Positions 45,014 through 55,337 of a stretch of DNA of 55,337 nt are shown piece by piece. Each line of letters starts with the position of its first letter. Within the stretch, counting starts at the first letter, position 1. The notes beneath the pieces were generated by a model. The model saw nothing but the letters and a program-made list of their open reading frames with translations. It searched no databases and was not told where the DNA came from. Origin of the DNA: Coniocarpon cinnabarinum. Taxonomy: Eukaryota. The DNA lies in NCBI GenBank assembly GCA_051942205.1, contig JAVECO010000160.1, positions 1-55,337 of the forward strand, given 5' to 3'. The position numbers and the translations under genes are program-made.

Positions 45014-45843
45014 ATGAGATTGACGAGGCCTGAAACGCAATGCTGGCCGCCGGTTGCGTGAGCTACGCAGCGTCCCAACAAATTGGGTAAAAGGCAGAGA
45101 TGAAGGCGGGAGTTTCATGTGAAGCAAGAAATACAAGAGGCTTGCATGCAGGCTGCAAGTGGAGTATGTGGAACGCAGGGCCGGCGCACGACTACGGCCA
45201 GGGCGCACATGCAATTTGCCCGGAGGAGCAGCACTGCGCACAATGAAGCACAAACAATACAGCAGACAATAAAAACGCCAGCCCGAAGCAGCCATTGGGT
45301 ATGTACCTCGTCGCTGCCGGTTTCTTTCTTCTGTTCTCTTTTCTCTGCGCGTCGGGGCCTGACCTTGGGGCTAATTTGAGCAGTGTCGAAGATGGGGCGT
45401 AGCGTGGCGCGGCGGGCGTATCTGACGTGTGTTGGAGACGGGGGACGCTGTGATTAGCAGCGTGGCAGCAGAGCATTCGGTCCGTGGCCGCAGGGATCGG
45501 GCAGACTAAAGGAGGATGCTGGCCTGTTTGGTGCAGCGCTGTACGACGGATGATCGCCGCCGGACCAGGAAGAGGGCTCAACGTTCCTGCAGCCGGCGCC
45601 TGTAACGTGCATAGCAAGCTGCCCAGACGGTGCGAGGTACATGCGAGGGACGCCAGCAGTGGTCGACTTGTGAGCAGGTGGGAGAGGAGGAGAGAAGTAC
45701 CTGCAGTAGTCGCACGAGTAGTAGTGAGCAGCCCTGCAGTCAGAAGCAATGCGACGAAAGAAGACGGGAGGGGTGGCCCGTGCACGCGATGACGCAGAAA
45801 ATTCACCACTTCCTGCCCATTTGTCGGGGCCGCCGTCTCTCTG

Positions 45844-45844
<1 letters not shown>

Positions 45845-45880
<36 letters not shown>

Positions 45881-45897
45881 CTCTCTCTCTCTCTCTC
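45845..45897. repeat. Compound (CA)n(CT)n microsatellite upstream of ags
   Basis: About 16 CA units are immediately followed by about 10 CT units. Confidence 0.95.
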
Positions 45898-46694
45898 CCT
45901 CTGCCCTGTTTCCTCCCCGTCCAGCTTCTTCCTTGCCCGCCGTGCCCTCCATCTCCTGCTCATCCTGTCTCGCTGGCGCCACCCTTCGCCCTCTCCTCCG
46001 CGCCGCGACGCCCGGCTGGCTTGGTCGGCAGGGCTCCACCGCGCGACTTCTCACGACTTGCAAGCTCTTCTTCCACTGCTCCTCGCGCTAGTGCCCACCA
46101 CGCTTGTGCTCTCACCAGGACGCCAGCCGTCACCTGCTTCCTAGCGACCCTCGAGTCCTATTGCCGCCGAGGCCAATCACGACGGCACCACCAGGCTTCC
46201 GGCGCACGTTTCTTTCGTTGTCTGCAAAATGAACCCCTGTATCACTATCTGATTTTGAAATGCCCATTGAGAAAGAACCCTTTGTGGTGGGACAAGATGA
46301 TGCTCCCAACACTGCCACCCAGGCGTGCCAGGCTCCGTCCACGCTTCACGCTCGTAGAGAATGACCAGGCTTCTGGCGAGCATGTTGACCCATCGCTCGT
46401 CAACCACGCCGGGGCCTCTTTCCGCCGCAAACTTCTCCTCTTTGTGTCTTCTCTTGATATATCTCATTCGGGCACGTTCCCTTCCACTCTCTCATCCCCG
46501 TCTGCCTCTCCTTCATCCTGCACCCCGCAATCTTGTGTATCACTATCGACCCCTTCCTCTGTGTGCACATACACCCGCTTCCACATCTGCCTACTCGCGT
46601 CTTGTGGCCTCCTGACATCCAATGCGGACCACCTAGTTGTATACCTAAGTCTTTCCCTTTTTTTTTTCGCTTTGTACACGAATAGGACTACACA

Positions 46695-49600
46695 ATGGCT
46701 AAATTTCTCTTCACGTCGTTGCTGGCTTTGCTGCCGCACGCAACGACGGCTCTCAAATGGCAAGCAGACGAAGCTCCGTGGAACCTCAACCAGAACCCCA
46801 ACGCGGATCACCCAACTGCGTATTGGGGCGAATGGCAGGACCACTCTTTCCACCCTTCACCGCAGAACTGGCGATTTCCCTTTTACGCCCTCACTCAAGA
46901 TCGTTTCGTGGATGGCGATCCTACAAACAACGAAGCAAATGGCACACATTTCGAGCACGAGTGGACCACCAACTCTTTACGCTTTGGAGGCGACTTGAAG
47001 GGTATTCAAGACAGCCTCGACTATCTCCAAGGCTACGGCATTAAAGGCATCTACATGACTGGCTCCCCTTTTTTGAACATGCCCTGGGCAGGGCACGGCT
47101 ATGGTCCATTGGACTTCACACTCCTCGATCATCACCATGGCATGATCCAAGACTGGCGAGATACCATTGACGCCATCCACAGACGGGACATGTACGTAGT
47201 TCTGGACAACACCATGTCGACCATGGGCAATCTACTTGGCTTTGATGGCTACTGGCAGAATGCATCCTCTCTAACACCGTTCAATTGGGGCGAATACGAC
47301 TACGCTTGGAAATACTCGGACCGACAATACCACGACTTCCACCCGAGTAACGAGGTCAATGAGTCCTGCGTCTATCCACGTATGTGGGACATCGACGGCA
47401 TGCCTCTCGACGAGCAATTTCTTGAGCAAGAGCGCATACACAAGTGTCGAGCAAGCGAATTTGACTCCTACGGGGCCATTGAAGGAGTGGGACAATTCCC
47501 AGTCTACGAAAACGAGCTCTCCAAGTTTGCCTCTGTGCAGGACAGGCTTCGTGAGTGGCAACCGAATGTCCTGGACAAGATTAACGTCATGTCGTGCATG
47601 CAAATTGCCATGTTGGACATTGACGGCTTTCGTATGGACAAGGGCGTGCAGATCACGGTGGATGCACAAGCTTCATTCGCCGACTACCAGCGCCAGTGTG
47701 CCCGCAAATACGGAAAAGACAATTTTCTGGTCGTTGGCGAGATTGTTGCCAATCCACAACAGGCACCAGTGTTCATTGGGCGTGGCAAGCAAGCAGACTC
47801 GTGGTTCAAAGAAGCAGACGAATCAATTCTCGCCACCAACAACGACAGCTACTCACCCTACCTCAGAGAGTTCGGGATGAGTGCTCTTGATGGATCAGCC
47901 TTCGAGTATACCATTTACGGCGCGCTAACTAGATTCCTTGGCTTGAGCGGTTGGAACGGAATGGGCGGTGTCGACTTTGTTGATTTATGGGGACAGATCT
48001 CTCGAAGCGAAGATCAAGTCAACCCTTCAACTGGCAAGTATGATCCCCGCAACATGTTCGGTACCTCTAGTCAAGATGTTTTTCGATGGCCGGCTCTTGA
48101 GCGTGGTGCTGAGCGCCAGGCTCTGGGATTCCTCATCACCATGTTACAAATGCCGGGCATTCCCATCATTCTGTACGGCGACGAACAGGCCTCCTACATT
48201 TTGGAGAACACTGACTCCGACTACCTCTACGGGCGTATGCCAATGTCTTCGGCACGGGCGTGGCAGATGCACGGCTGCTACACGCTTGGGGCTGATGCTT
48301 ACTACGAAGCACCGTTCACGACCGCTGCCAACGGTTGTAATGATATAACTGTGAGTCTCGACCACCGTGATCCGTCTCACCCCATGCGTAATCTTCTTGC
48401 TCGGATGTTTGAGCTGCGCCGACAGTATCCTACACTCAATGATGGCTTCAACGTCACGAGGATGTCAAAGAGTACGCGCGAGATATATTACCCCGGCAGC
48501 TTTGGATACCCCTCGGAAACTGGCTTGTGGTCAGTGTTCCGGGGCCGTGTTCCCCAATTGCAAGATTTCACTGGCCAAGGCGCCGGAAACCAAGGTGTAT
48601 GGCTACTTTATCACAACGAGAACCACACTGTTTCGTACAATTTTGACTGCTCCACGCCAGACAACCAGAAATCGGACACAGCACCCTTCCCGGCAGGAAC
48701 CACGGTCAAAAATCTTTTCTATCCATATGAGGAGTATACTTTAGAAGCAACGCCTTTCAGCCTCAGTGTAGATGGCGTACCTGGTCCAAGTGGTTGCATT
48801 AGCAACTTCACGATGGACGCTTGGGGCTTCAAGGCATTCGTCCCCATCAATGCGTACGTGCAACCGGCGCCAAAGGTTTCTCGCGTTCTTCCAATGCACG
48901 ACGCTCGTATCGAGAGCACGGTGAAGCTTGGGCAGCAGGAGACCGTATTTATCGAGATTCGGTTCAGCCAGCCCATGGATTGCGACTCGGTTGCCAGGAG
49001 TCTTAACGTCACCTCAACCACGTCTGATGGTAGCTCCGCAAAACTGGATGTATCCAGTGTGTCTTGTCAGGTCAAATCACAAGACCCATCACCTTACGTT
49101 GGTGGTGTGGCTTCTGAGTGGACCTTTGCCGCTAATCTCGTCAACGTGGGCAACGGCATACACGCCTACACCGTCACCAATCCCTCCACCACAGATGGCT
49201 CTCGTTCTACGAACTCGACCGATCGATTCATTTTCCGCGTCGGACATTCAAACAACCCCATCGTCTTTCCTTGGAAAGCGAATTATACCCAAGGTATCTA
49301 TAACAAGGATGCAAATGGTGATTTGGTGCTCTCACCGACTGCTGCTGGCGCTGATATGTTCCGATACTCGACAAACTTTGGGTCAAGCTACTCAAATTGG
49401 ATGCCATACACGGGGCAGAACCTCACCATTGAGCCCCAAGAGTGGAGCGGCACCGATCTTCAAGCATGGGAGGGGAATCATCTACTGATGACGTTCTGGA
49501 GCAGACTGGCGGGCAGCGCTGATCATTTACAGCACACTGATCTTGAGGACATGACTCCCAGACGCTGGCCTCACGCCTTTGTGCAAGGCGAATTCAACCA

Positions 49601-52600
49601 ATTCGGTTTCGACGGTGGTCTCAATGGTCAAATGGAACTGAACTCCGACAATGGTCTCTGGGAATACGATCTAAGTTATGAGTATCCCACCCATTTTCTC
49701 CTCAATGTTTGGGGTATCAACCCTGATGGTCTGGCAGACAAGACCTTAGCTTATGGTGATGTCGACGGAGATGGTGTTCTTGACATCGTGGAGCCCGACG
49801 CCTTGGCTCCAAATGTAGCCAACCTCACTGACAGGCCGCCACGTCCTCATCTGGGCTATCGAATCCAAGCCAGCGACGCCAACATGACTTACTCCCTTCA
49901 GCCCGTGGGATCAGACCGCGTTCAGCTGGCCATTGGGCTGCTCTTGGCGCTGATCCCAATATTGACTGGCGGGCTGACCATTCTGTTTTACATACAAGGC
50001 TTCTACAAGGTCAAATTCAATCAAGTCGGCATTTCCGAGAAGCGTGGGTTGATGGGTTGGCTTGGCCGCTTCAATCCTCGAAAGCAAAAAGCACTGCACG
50101 ATGCTGTCCACGGCATGTTTGAAAAGAGGGAGCCATCAGAAGCTCCACTGAACGAAATGCAACAGTCACAAGCGCCTGCGCCTAATATTCCAGAAGCTGC
50201 TACTGCCCTTGAAGCGGCTCAAGGTGCTCCAAACCGTCGACACGTTTTGATTGCGACTATGGAGTATATTATCGAGGACTGGAATATCAGTGTGAAGATT
50301 GGAGGCCTGGGACAGATGGCCGCGCTGATGGGAAACAATTTGGGTCACCAGGACATGACTTGGGTCGTGCCATGCGTTGGCGGAGTGGACTATCCAACTG
50401 ACGAACCAGCCGACTCCATGTCCGTCACCGTCATGGGAGAACAATATGAAGTCAAGGTGCAGTATCACAAACTTCGCAACATTACGTTCGTCTTGCTCGA
50501 TACGCCGGTCTTTCGCAAGCAGACAAAGAAAGAACCATATCCCCCTCGTATGGATGATCTCGACTCTGGCATCTACTATTCTGCTTGGAATCAATGCATA
50601 GCGCAAGCCATTGATCGCTTCCAGCCTGACATTTACCACATCAACGATTACCATGGCACTCTTGCCCCTCTCTACCTGCTGCCGCGGACTCTGCCATGCA
50701 TCTATTCTCTGCACAATGCAGAGTTCCAAGGCTTGTGGCCATTGCGAACTGCTTCCGAGAAGACCGAGCTCTGCGACGTGTTCAATCTCCCCAGGAACGT
50801 TCTCGAGAAGTACGTGCAATTTGGAGAGGTTTTCAACTTACTTCACGCCGGCGCAAGTTATCTGAGGATTCATCAGAAAGGATACGGAGCGATTGGTGTT
50901 TCCAACAAATACGGAAAACGAGCCTTTGCACGATATCCATGCTTATGGGGCCTGCATGGGGTTGGCGGTCTGCCCAATCCTGATCCATCCGACACGGCTG
51001 TACTGCAGTCCAAGGACACGCCCCCACCAGAGCCATTCGTTGACCAGGAATGGGAGGCGTCCCGTGGCGAGATGAGGAAACAAGCTCAAGAATGGGCTGG
51101 CCTCAACATCGACCCAGAGGCGGAGTTGTTCGTGTTCGTTGGGCGTTGGTCGTTCCAAAAGGGTATCGATCTGATTGCTGATGTCATGCCATCGGTGTTG
51201 GAAGAGAACCCAAAGGCGCAGCTGCTCTGTGTTGGACCCACCATTGACCTCTACGGAAAGTTTGCTGCGCTCAAACTCGAAAAAATGGTTGCAAAATATC
51301 CGGGCCGGGTGTTCTCTAAGCCTGAGTTTATCAAACTGGAGCCATTCATCTTCAAGGGTGCCGAGTTCGCCTTGATCCCTAGCCGTGACGAGCCCTTCGG
51401 GCTGGTTGCGGTTGAGTTCGGACGCAAAGGTGCTCTTGGTGTTGGAGCTCGAGTTGGTGGGCTTGGTCAGATGCCCGGGTGGTGGTACACCATTGAAAGC
51501 ATCGCAGCACCTCACCTGCTGCGCCAATTCAAGACGGCCATTCGAAGTGCGTTAGCGTCCAAGACGGAGTCGCGAGCGATCATGCGGGCTCGATCAAACC
51601 TTCAACGCTTTCCAGTCCTGCAATGGGTCAAGGACTACGAGTCGCTTCAGAACTTGGGCATCTCGTCGTTCAAGAAACAGGCAGCTCGTCCAGCCAGCAT
51701 CTTCCGCAAGTCAGGTTCATCAACGCCTGCAGGGGCCCTGTCCGGTTTCAATACGCCAGGGGCACTGACGCCAGGCATCTCGTCTCCCATGTGGCATACT
51801 CCAGTTCCGTCCATGCCACCCACTGCACCCAGCAGTATGCCGGCGAGCAGAGCCCAAAGTCGTGCGCCATCTCCAGAAAGGCATGGGTCTGATGAGGGGG
51901 CCCACCCTCAGAAAATGGGTAGCTCCTTTGGACCGTCCAATCCCGCCGGAGGTCTGCCTCGCACGTCTTTCCGAGGCCTCATTGGTCATTCAACTTTCTT
52001 TGGACACTCGAATATAAGCTCGCGGCGCTCTTCGCCAGCAGTGTCACGGAAGCAGTCACACGCCTCACTCTCGGCTGAGGAACGCGAAGATATTCCGCCG
52101 GTGCCACGAATTAGCACTCTAAGTCGAGTCGGCACAACAATTCCGGAAGCGAATGAGAGTGGCGATGTACGTAAATCGTCTGCGGACGGTGAATCGAGCA
52201 ATCAAACAGAGCGCACATCTACCTTCGGTTCCACGTCTCAGGAGGAGAACCCGGGATCTTATGAGCCATCATACGGTGCTGTTGCTAATCAGAGTTTGAA
52301 CGAAAGGATCAGAAACGGTCTGCCGCCAGACCTTCCAAGTCCACCTACAACGTCGGGCGCTAGGCCATCTGCGCCTCGACGTAGATCAGCACCGCATCTG
52401 CGCCTGACCACGATGATTCCGCCTCCTTTACCTGCAGCAGCCTCTCCAGGCTCGTCGACACCTGGGACTCCATCTGGACTCCGGACTCCTGGCGCTGCCG
52501 AACTTTCACAAGATCCTTCTGGACAGTCGCGAACGCCGCGGCAACTGCAAGCGCGACCATTTCCTCAGCGGAATTCGTCAATACTGGACCTGTCAGCGAT

Positions 52601-54323
52601 CCGCCCTGACGGTGACGAGGAAAAGAATTATAATCTTCAACGAGTCGATCCTTTCTTCACGGATCCTACAGGATATTACTACCGGCAATTTTCAGACAGG
52701 CTCGATTCGCTGACTGCTCGAAATTCCGTGAAGTCCCTTTGCACCGAAGATTTCATTAAGTACAGCGAGAAAGATTGGTTCAATCGGCTCCACAGTGCCA
52801 AACTTGGCAAGTCGTCTGAGCCTGCTAAAGGACCCCGAATTTCCGTCAAGCGCCTCTCATCTACAAAGTCCGTTTTTAGCAATTTCACCGATTCCTCAAG
52901 AGACGGCTCGAGCGATGTTGACTCTCCTGCACCTCGTCAAACCAATCTCAGAGAAGTGGAGACAGCTACAGCCCAATTCGAGATTGACTCTGACTACAAG
53001 GCACCTCGCTACCTGCGTTCTTGGCTTCAGTTGAAGATTGGCGACTGGCAGCTATACACGTTCATTCTCGCTTTCGGACAGATCATCGCTCTTCAGTCTT
53101 ACCAAGTCACATTGTTGACAGGCCAGGTCGGCGAGACCGCCAACAAGCTGTACTGCATTGCGTCTGTCTATCTCGTTGGCTCCCTGGTTTGGTACCTACT
53201 TTTCCGCACCGTCAAGGCCGTCTGGTGTTTGTCTCTTCCCTTCATTGTCTATGGCATTGCGTTCTTCCTCATTGGCATGAGTCCTTATGTCTCCGACTAT
53301 AGCGGCCGAGGCTGGCTCAACAACGTCGCTACAGGTTTCTACGCCTTTGCGTCGGCGTCTGGAAGTATGTTCTTCGCGCTGAACTTTGGCACCGAAGGCG
53401 GCAGCCCTACACAAGCGTGGGTCTATCGCGCTTGCGTGGTTTCTGGGACACAATCTTTGTACGTCGCTGGCCTCTGGTATTGGGGTGCGGAACTCGCTCG
53501 TGTGGTCGGCTCTGGCGCCCCCGCCTCCAGCAATGTCCCTGCAGGTCCTACACTGACGGCCATCTGCACGCCCATCGCTATCTTCCTCTGGGTGCTCGGC
53601 GCCGTGCTCTTCGCTGGTCTCCCTAAGTACTACCGCCAGCGCCCCGGCAGCATCCCAAGCTTCTATAAAACCGTCGCGACTCGCAAGATCATCCTCTGGT
53701 TCTTCGTCACCGTTATTCTGCAAAATTACTGGCTCTCGGCTCCATATGGCCGGAACTGGCGCTTCCTTTGGACGACAGCGTACGCGCCCGCCTGGGCCAT
53801 CGCACTGCTTGTCGTCGCCTTCTTTGTCATCGTTTGGGGCATTGCCATGGCGCTGTTTCACCAGTGGAGTAAGGTGCACTCCTGGATCCTGCCGCTTTTC
53901 GCTATTGGCCTCGGTGCCCCACGCTGGTGCCAAATGCTTTGGGGCATTTCGGGACTGGGGATGTACGTTCCCTGGGGCGGACCCACTGCCGGTGCGCTCC
54001 TCTCACGCAGTCTCTGGCTCTGGCTTGGTGTCCTGGACTCCCTGCAGGGCGTCGGCTTCGGCATGATTCTCTTGCAGACGCTGAGTCGATACTACGTCGT
54101 GTTTGCGCTTATTGCGGCGCAGGTCATTGGCAGCGTGGCGACAATTGTGGCTCGGGCGACTGCTCCTGACAAAGTGGGTCCCGGTGACGTGTTTCCCAAT
54201 TTCGCGCTGGATCCGGTCAAGGCCGTGGGCAAGGGCGACTTTTGGGGATGTCTCATCTGCCAGGTCGCGGTTTGTGTTGGATTCGCGGTGTACTTCCGGA
54301 AGGAACAGCTGTTCAAGCCGTGA
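46695..54323 (+). CDS. ags1: Cell-wall alpha-1,3-glucan synthase (signal peptide, extracellular GH13 domain, TM, GT5 synthase domain, C-terminal multipass domain), 2542 aa
   Basis: Signal peptide MAKFLFTSLLALLPHATTA, then WNLNQN..YWGEW..PSPQNWRFPFY, DGFRMDK and QDVFRWP. The TM helix is LAIGLLLALIPILTG. GT5 motifs are IATMEY.IEDW..KIGGLG, YHINDYHG, FVFVGRWSFQKG and PSRDEPFGLVAVEFG. The C-terminus is ..FRKEQLFKP. Confidence 0.97.
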   Translation: MAKFLFTSLLALLPHATTALKWQADEAPWNLNQNPNADHPTAYWGEWQDHSFHPSPQNWRFPFYALTQDRFVDGDPTNNEANGTHFEHEWTTNSLRFGGDLKGIQDSLDYLQGYGIKGIYMTGSPFLNMPWAGHGYGPLDFTLLDHHHGMIQDWRDTIDAIHRRDMYVVLDNTMSTMGNLLGFDGYWQNASSLTPFNWGEYDYAWKYSDRQYHDFHPSNEVNESCVYPRMWDIDGMPLDEQFLEQERIHKCRASEFDSYGAIEGVGQFPVYENELSKFASVQDRLREWQPNVLDKINVMSCMQIAMLDIDGFRMDKGVQITVDAQASFADYQRQCARKYGKDNFLVVGEIVANPQQAPVFIGRGKQADSWFKEADESILATNNDSYSPYLREFGMSALDGSAFEYTIYGALTRFLGLSGWNGMGGVDFVDLWGQISRSEDQVNPSTGKYDPRNMFGTSSQDVFRWPALERGAERQALGFLITMLQMPGIPIILYGDEQASYILENTDSDYLYGRMPMSSARAWQMHGCYTLGADAYYEAPFTTAANGCNDITVSLDHRDPSHPMRNLLARMFELRRQYPTLNDGFNVTRMSKSTREIYYPGSFGYPSETGLWSVFRGRVPQLQDFTGQGAGNQGVWLLYHNENHTVSYNFDCSTPDNQKSDTAPFPAGTTVKNLFYPYEEYTLEATPFSLSVDGVPGPSGCISNFTMDAWGFKAFVPINAYVQPAPKVSRVLPMHDARIESTVKLGQQETVFIEIRFSQPMDCDSVARSLNVTSTTSDGSSAKLDVSSVSCQVKSQDPSPYVGGVASEWTFAANLVNVGNGIHAYTVTNPSTTDGSRSTNSTDRFIFRVGHSNNPIVFPWKANYTQGIYNKDANGDLVLSPTAAGADMFRYSTNFGSSYSNWMPYTGQNLTIEPQEWSGTDLQAWEGNHLLMTFWSRLAGSADHLQHTDLEDMTPRRWPHAFVQGEFNQFGFDGGLNGQMELNSDNGLWEYDLSYEYPTHFLLNVWGINPDGLADKTLAYGDVDGDGVLDIVEPDALAPNVANLTDRPPRPHLGYRIQASDANMTYSLQPVGSDRVQLAIGLLLALIPILTGGLTILFYIQGFYKVKFNQVGISEKRGLMGWLGRFNPRKQKALHDAVHGMFEKREPSEAPLNEMQQSQAPAPNIPEAATALEAAQGAPNRRHVLIATMEYIIEDWNISVKIGGLGQMAALMGNNLGHQDMTWVVPCVGGVDYPTDEPADSMSVTVMGEQYEVKVQYHKLRNITFVLLDTPVFRKQTKKEPYPPRMDDLDSGIYYSAWNQCIAQAIDRFQPDIYHINDYHGTLAPLYLLPRTLPCIYSLHNAEFQGLWPLRTASEKTELCDVFNLPRNVLEKYVQFGEVFNLLHAGASYLRIHQKGYGAIGVSNKYGKRAFARYPCLWGLHGVGGLPNPDPSDTAVLQSKDTPPPEPFVDQEWEASRGEMRKQAQEWAGLNIDPEAELFVFVGRWSFQKGIDLIADVMPSVLEENPKAQLLCVGPTIDLYGKFAALKLEKMVAKYPGRVFSKPEFIKLEPFIFKGAEFALIPSRDEPFGLVAVEFGRKGALGVGARVGGLGQMPGWWYTIESIAAPHLLRQFKTAIRSALASKTESRAIMRARSNLQRFPVLQWVKDYESLQNLGISSFKKQAARPASIFRKSGSSTPAGALSGFNTPGALTPGISSPMWHTPVPSMPPTAPSSMPASRAQSRAPSPERHGSDEGAHPQKMGSSFGPSNPAGGLPRTSFRGLIGHSTFFGHSNISSRRSSPAVSRKQSHASLSAEEREDIPPVPRISTLSRVGTTIPEANESGDVRKSSADGESSNQTERTSTFGSTSQEENPGSYEPSYGAVANQSLNERIRNGLPPDLPSPPTTSGARPSAPRRRSAPHLRLTTMIPPPLPAAASPGSSTPGTPSGLRTPGAAELSQDPSGQSRTPRQLQARPFPQRNSSILDLSAIRPDGDEEKNYNLQRVDPFFTDPTGYYYRQFSDRLDSLTARNSVKSLCTEDFIKYSEKDWFNRLHSAKLGKSSEPAKGPRISVKRLSSTKSVFSNFTDSSRDGSSDVDSPAPRQTNLREVETATAQFEIDSDYKAPRYLRSWLQLKIGDWQLYTFILAFGQIIALQSYQVTLLTGQVGETANKLYCIASVYLVGSLVWYLLFRTVKAVWCLSLPFIVYGIAFFLIGMSPYVSDYSGRGWLNNVATGFYAFASASGSMFFALNFGTEGGSPTQAWVYRACVVSGTQSLYVAGLWYWGAELARVVGSGAPASSNVPAGPTLTAICTPIAIFLWVLGAVLFAGLPKYYRQRPGSIPSFYKTVATRKIILWFFVTVILQNYWLSAPYGRNWRFLWTTAYAPAWAIALLVVAFFVIVWGIAMALFHQWSKVHSWILPLFAIGLGAPRWCQMLWGISGLGMYVPWGGPTAGALLSRSLWLWLGVLDSLQGVGFGMILLQTLSRYYVVFALIAAQVIGSVATIVARATAPDKVGPGDVFPNFALDPVKAVGKGDFWGCLICQVAVCVGFAVYFRKEQLFKP

Positions 54324-55068
54324 GTGAGTTAGTGAGTGGGCAGTCGGGCGATGGGATTGTACAAGTAGAGAAGTGGGAGGTATGCGGTGCTTTTTGGGAA
54401 AATGTGTGAAGCATCTGTGCAGTAATCCAGATCGCGGGTGGCATAATGTTTATTTAGTTTGGCGTTGGGACATCGGAATAGCTACCACGGGGATTTGTAT
54501 AAGGGAGCATAGCTATCAATCATTGAGCGTACAATCGAGTGTCTTTGTCATTAAGACGGCAACTGGGATCCTATCGTTTGCTGGTCTATTTCTCATTCAC
54601 TTGCGCTTCCGTCTACTTGCGCTTCTGTGTTCATTCGCGTTTTATCACTGCGTTAAGACATGCTCTTTAAGGCGGTGTCATAGGCACGCAAGCAAAATGG
54701 TGAGTGCGAGAAACAAAAATACTCTACTGGATACTTTGGACCGTCCTTCCAGTGCTTGATGAGTGAGACTTCTACTGATACACGAGATGAGATACTAGAC
54801 CAGCGCCGAACTTTCCACGAGCAAAACCGCAGATTTCCTTCCTTGACCTTTTCCTAGATCTAGATGAGACATCTAGGCTAGATGGGGGAAGAGTTGTTGT
54901 ATTGCGAGAGCGCCTTTGCGCGTTGACAGAGTAGGAGTTGGTGTTATCAATACTGACGTTTTGGGCTTGGAAAGTGGAAGGGCAAAGACGTGGATGACAG
55001 TCTGAAGTATTACTTACAGCGACAGTGCGTGCGATCATGGATACGTGGTGAATGTACCATTTAGCTGA

Positions 55069-55092
55069 TCGCTCGCTCGCTCGCTCGCTCGC
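55069..55092. repeat. (TCGC)n microsatellite
   Basis: tcgctcgctcgctcgctcgctcgc. Confidence 0.8.
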
Positions 55093-55337
55093 CCCGATCG
55101 CCATGCGCCCTCTTGGTGTATTATGCCGCGTTTCCAAATAGTGGGGAATGAACCTGTGTATCTACAGCCGTAAAGAAACCCTATCGTACACCCACCATAC
55201 CATGCACAGTCCTCCTCTTGTCCACAAGCACCATCCACACTCGTTCTCTTCCTTGTTCTCTTCCTTACCACTATGCTATCGCCTCCCCAATCCCCACCGC
55301 GCCACCCGCTCCTGAATCTCCCCCCACTCGAAATTCC

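Noticed and set aside
45192..46998. ORFs of 130-325 aa upstream of or overlapping the ags start
   Set aside because: They arise from GC-rich leader sequence and the (CA)/(CT) repeat (THTHTH, CVCVCV), and they overlap the real gene out of frame.
53196..53933. 245-aa antisense ORF inside ags (and similar shadow ORFs in CDC25, MIP1, PIF1)
   Set aside because: These are the antisense shadow ORFs expected from GC3-biased codon usage.
1..55337. tRNA, rRNA or intact transposable elements
   Set aside because: I recognised none by eye. tRNAscan-SE, Infernal and a repeat-library search would be needed to exclude them formally.

Overview
This is eukaryotic, intron-containing genomic DNA from a filamentous ascomycete (Pezizomycotina). 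The GT-AG introns are short, mostly 50-100 nt, with CTRAC-type branch points. Conserved genes, in order, are: a C2H2 plus fungal-TF-domain transcription factor, an SH3-WW-RasGEF (Cdc25-like), a CofD/UPF0052 protein, an 84-aa hydrophilic protein, PIF1 helicase, PUB1/TIA-1, a possible Mediator-tail (Med2-like) subunit, an ArAE_2/Bre4-like transporter, mitochondrial DNA polymerase gamma, a SIM-RING ubiquitin ligase and a small membrane protein. After these come two diverged F-box/LRR paralogs and an intracellular GH13 alpha-amylase next to an alpha-1,3-glucan synthase. The most unusual part is 18.4-22.4 kb. It holds three tandem, two-exon orphan paralogs that the ORF track splits into pieces. They share an intron at the same position and phase, and one copy has a TT instead of a GT donor. 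Each sits behind a ~45-bp upstream element that looks better conserved than the coding sequence. All family assignments come from motif recognition; no database search was run.
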